From: Candidatus Gottesmanbacteria bacterium RIFCSPHIGHO2_01_FULL_46_14
GTDB lineage: Bacteria > Patescibacteriota > Microgenomatia > UBA10105 > UBA927
Assembly: GCA_001780895.1 (NCBI GenBank)
Contig: MFJJ01000033.1
Coordinates: forward strand, 1-44,038
DNA: 44,038 nt
Direction: 5' to 3'
Part shown: in pieces, positions 43,967-44,038 of the stretch
Layout of the letters: each line of letters opens with the position of its first letter
Numbering within the stretch: the stretch's first letter is position 1
Made by a program: the position numbers and the translations under genes
The notes under the pieces: model-generated
Databases searched by the model: none
Told to the model about the DNA's origin: nothing
Seen by the model: only the letters and a program-made list of their open reading frames with translations

Positions 43967-44038
43967 AACGTTGGTGTCTGTTTTTAGGAATTATATTTAT
44001 GGGGGCGTACTGCTTGATAAATGTTCGCTCGCTATCTG
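43963..44038 (+). CDS. Start of next membrane protein (truncated by window)
   Basis: ATGA overlap with the previous stop; MKRWCLFLGIIFMGAYCLINVRSLS resembles the TM1 of the other genes. Confidence 0.55.
   Translation, partial: MKRWCLFLGIIFMGAYCLINVRSLS

Noticed and set aside
1-44038. CRISPR array, diversity-generating retroelement, prophage, transposase, recoded stop codons
   Set aside because: No spaced direct repeats, reverse transcriptase or recombinase were seen. Mismatches in the duplicated tract are not adenine-specific. TGA, TAA and TAG all end genes at sensible positions.

Overview
The whole 44 kb window is one gap-free surface-glycosylation gene array: 33 complete CDSs plus 2 cut by the window edges. 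About 21 encode polytopic membrane proteins with GT-C-type (polyprenyl-phosphate-sugar-dependent) glycosyltransferase signatures. They include six xxxDE-GYNAYS ArnT/PMT-like paralogs, three DQGRD-type, three THDG-type, two YfhO-type, three DE-type with C-terminal lectin-like domains, and single GT87-like, MptA/B-like, PMT-like and GDxxxH-type proteins. The rest are four GT2, three GT4, a Wzx-like flippase, an extended-SDR epimerase, a SAM methyltransferase, a polysaccharide pyruvyl transferase and two secreted DUF5667-like proteins. Gene content and compactness suggest a Patescibacteria (CPR, Microgenomates-like) genome with the standard code; this is inference. Notable DNA-level signals are: (1) a ~93% identical 180-bp tract shared in inverted orientation by two otherwise diverged GT-C paralogs; (2) a 71-bp double-hairpin palindromic element inserted in frame in a GT2 gene; (3) TATAAT-like boxes 6-9 nt before many start codons and embedded in neighbouring CDSs, including head-to-head genes that overlap or are 1 bp apart; (4) overlapping 3' ends at all four convergent junctions. 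No rRNA, tRNA, CRISPR array, transposase or recombinase was seen. Family assignments come from motif recognition by eye, not database searches.
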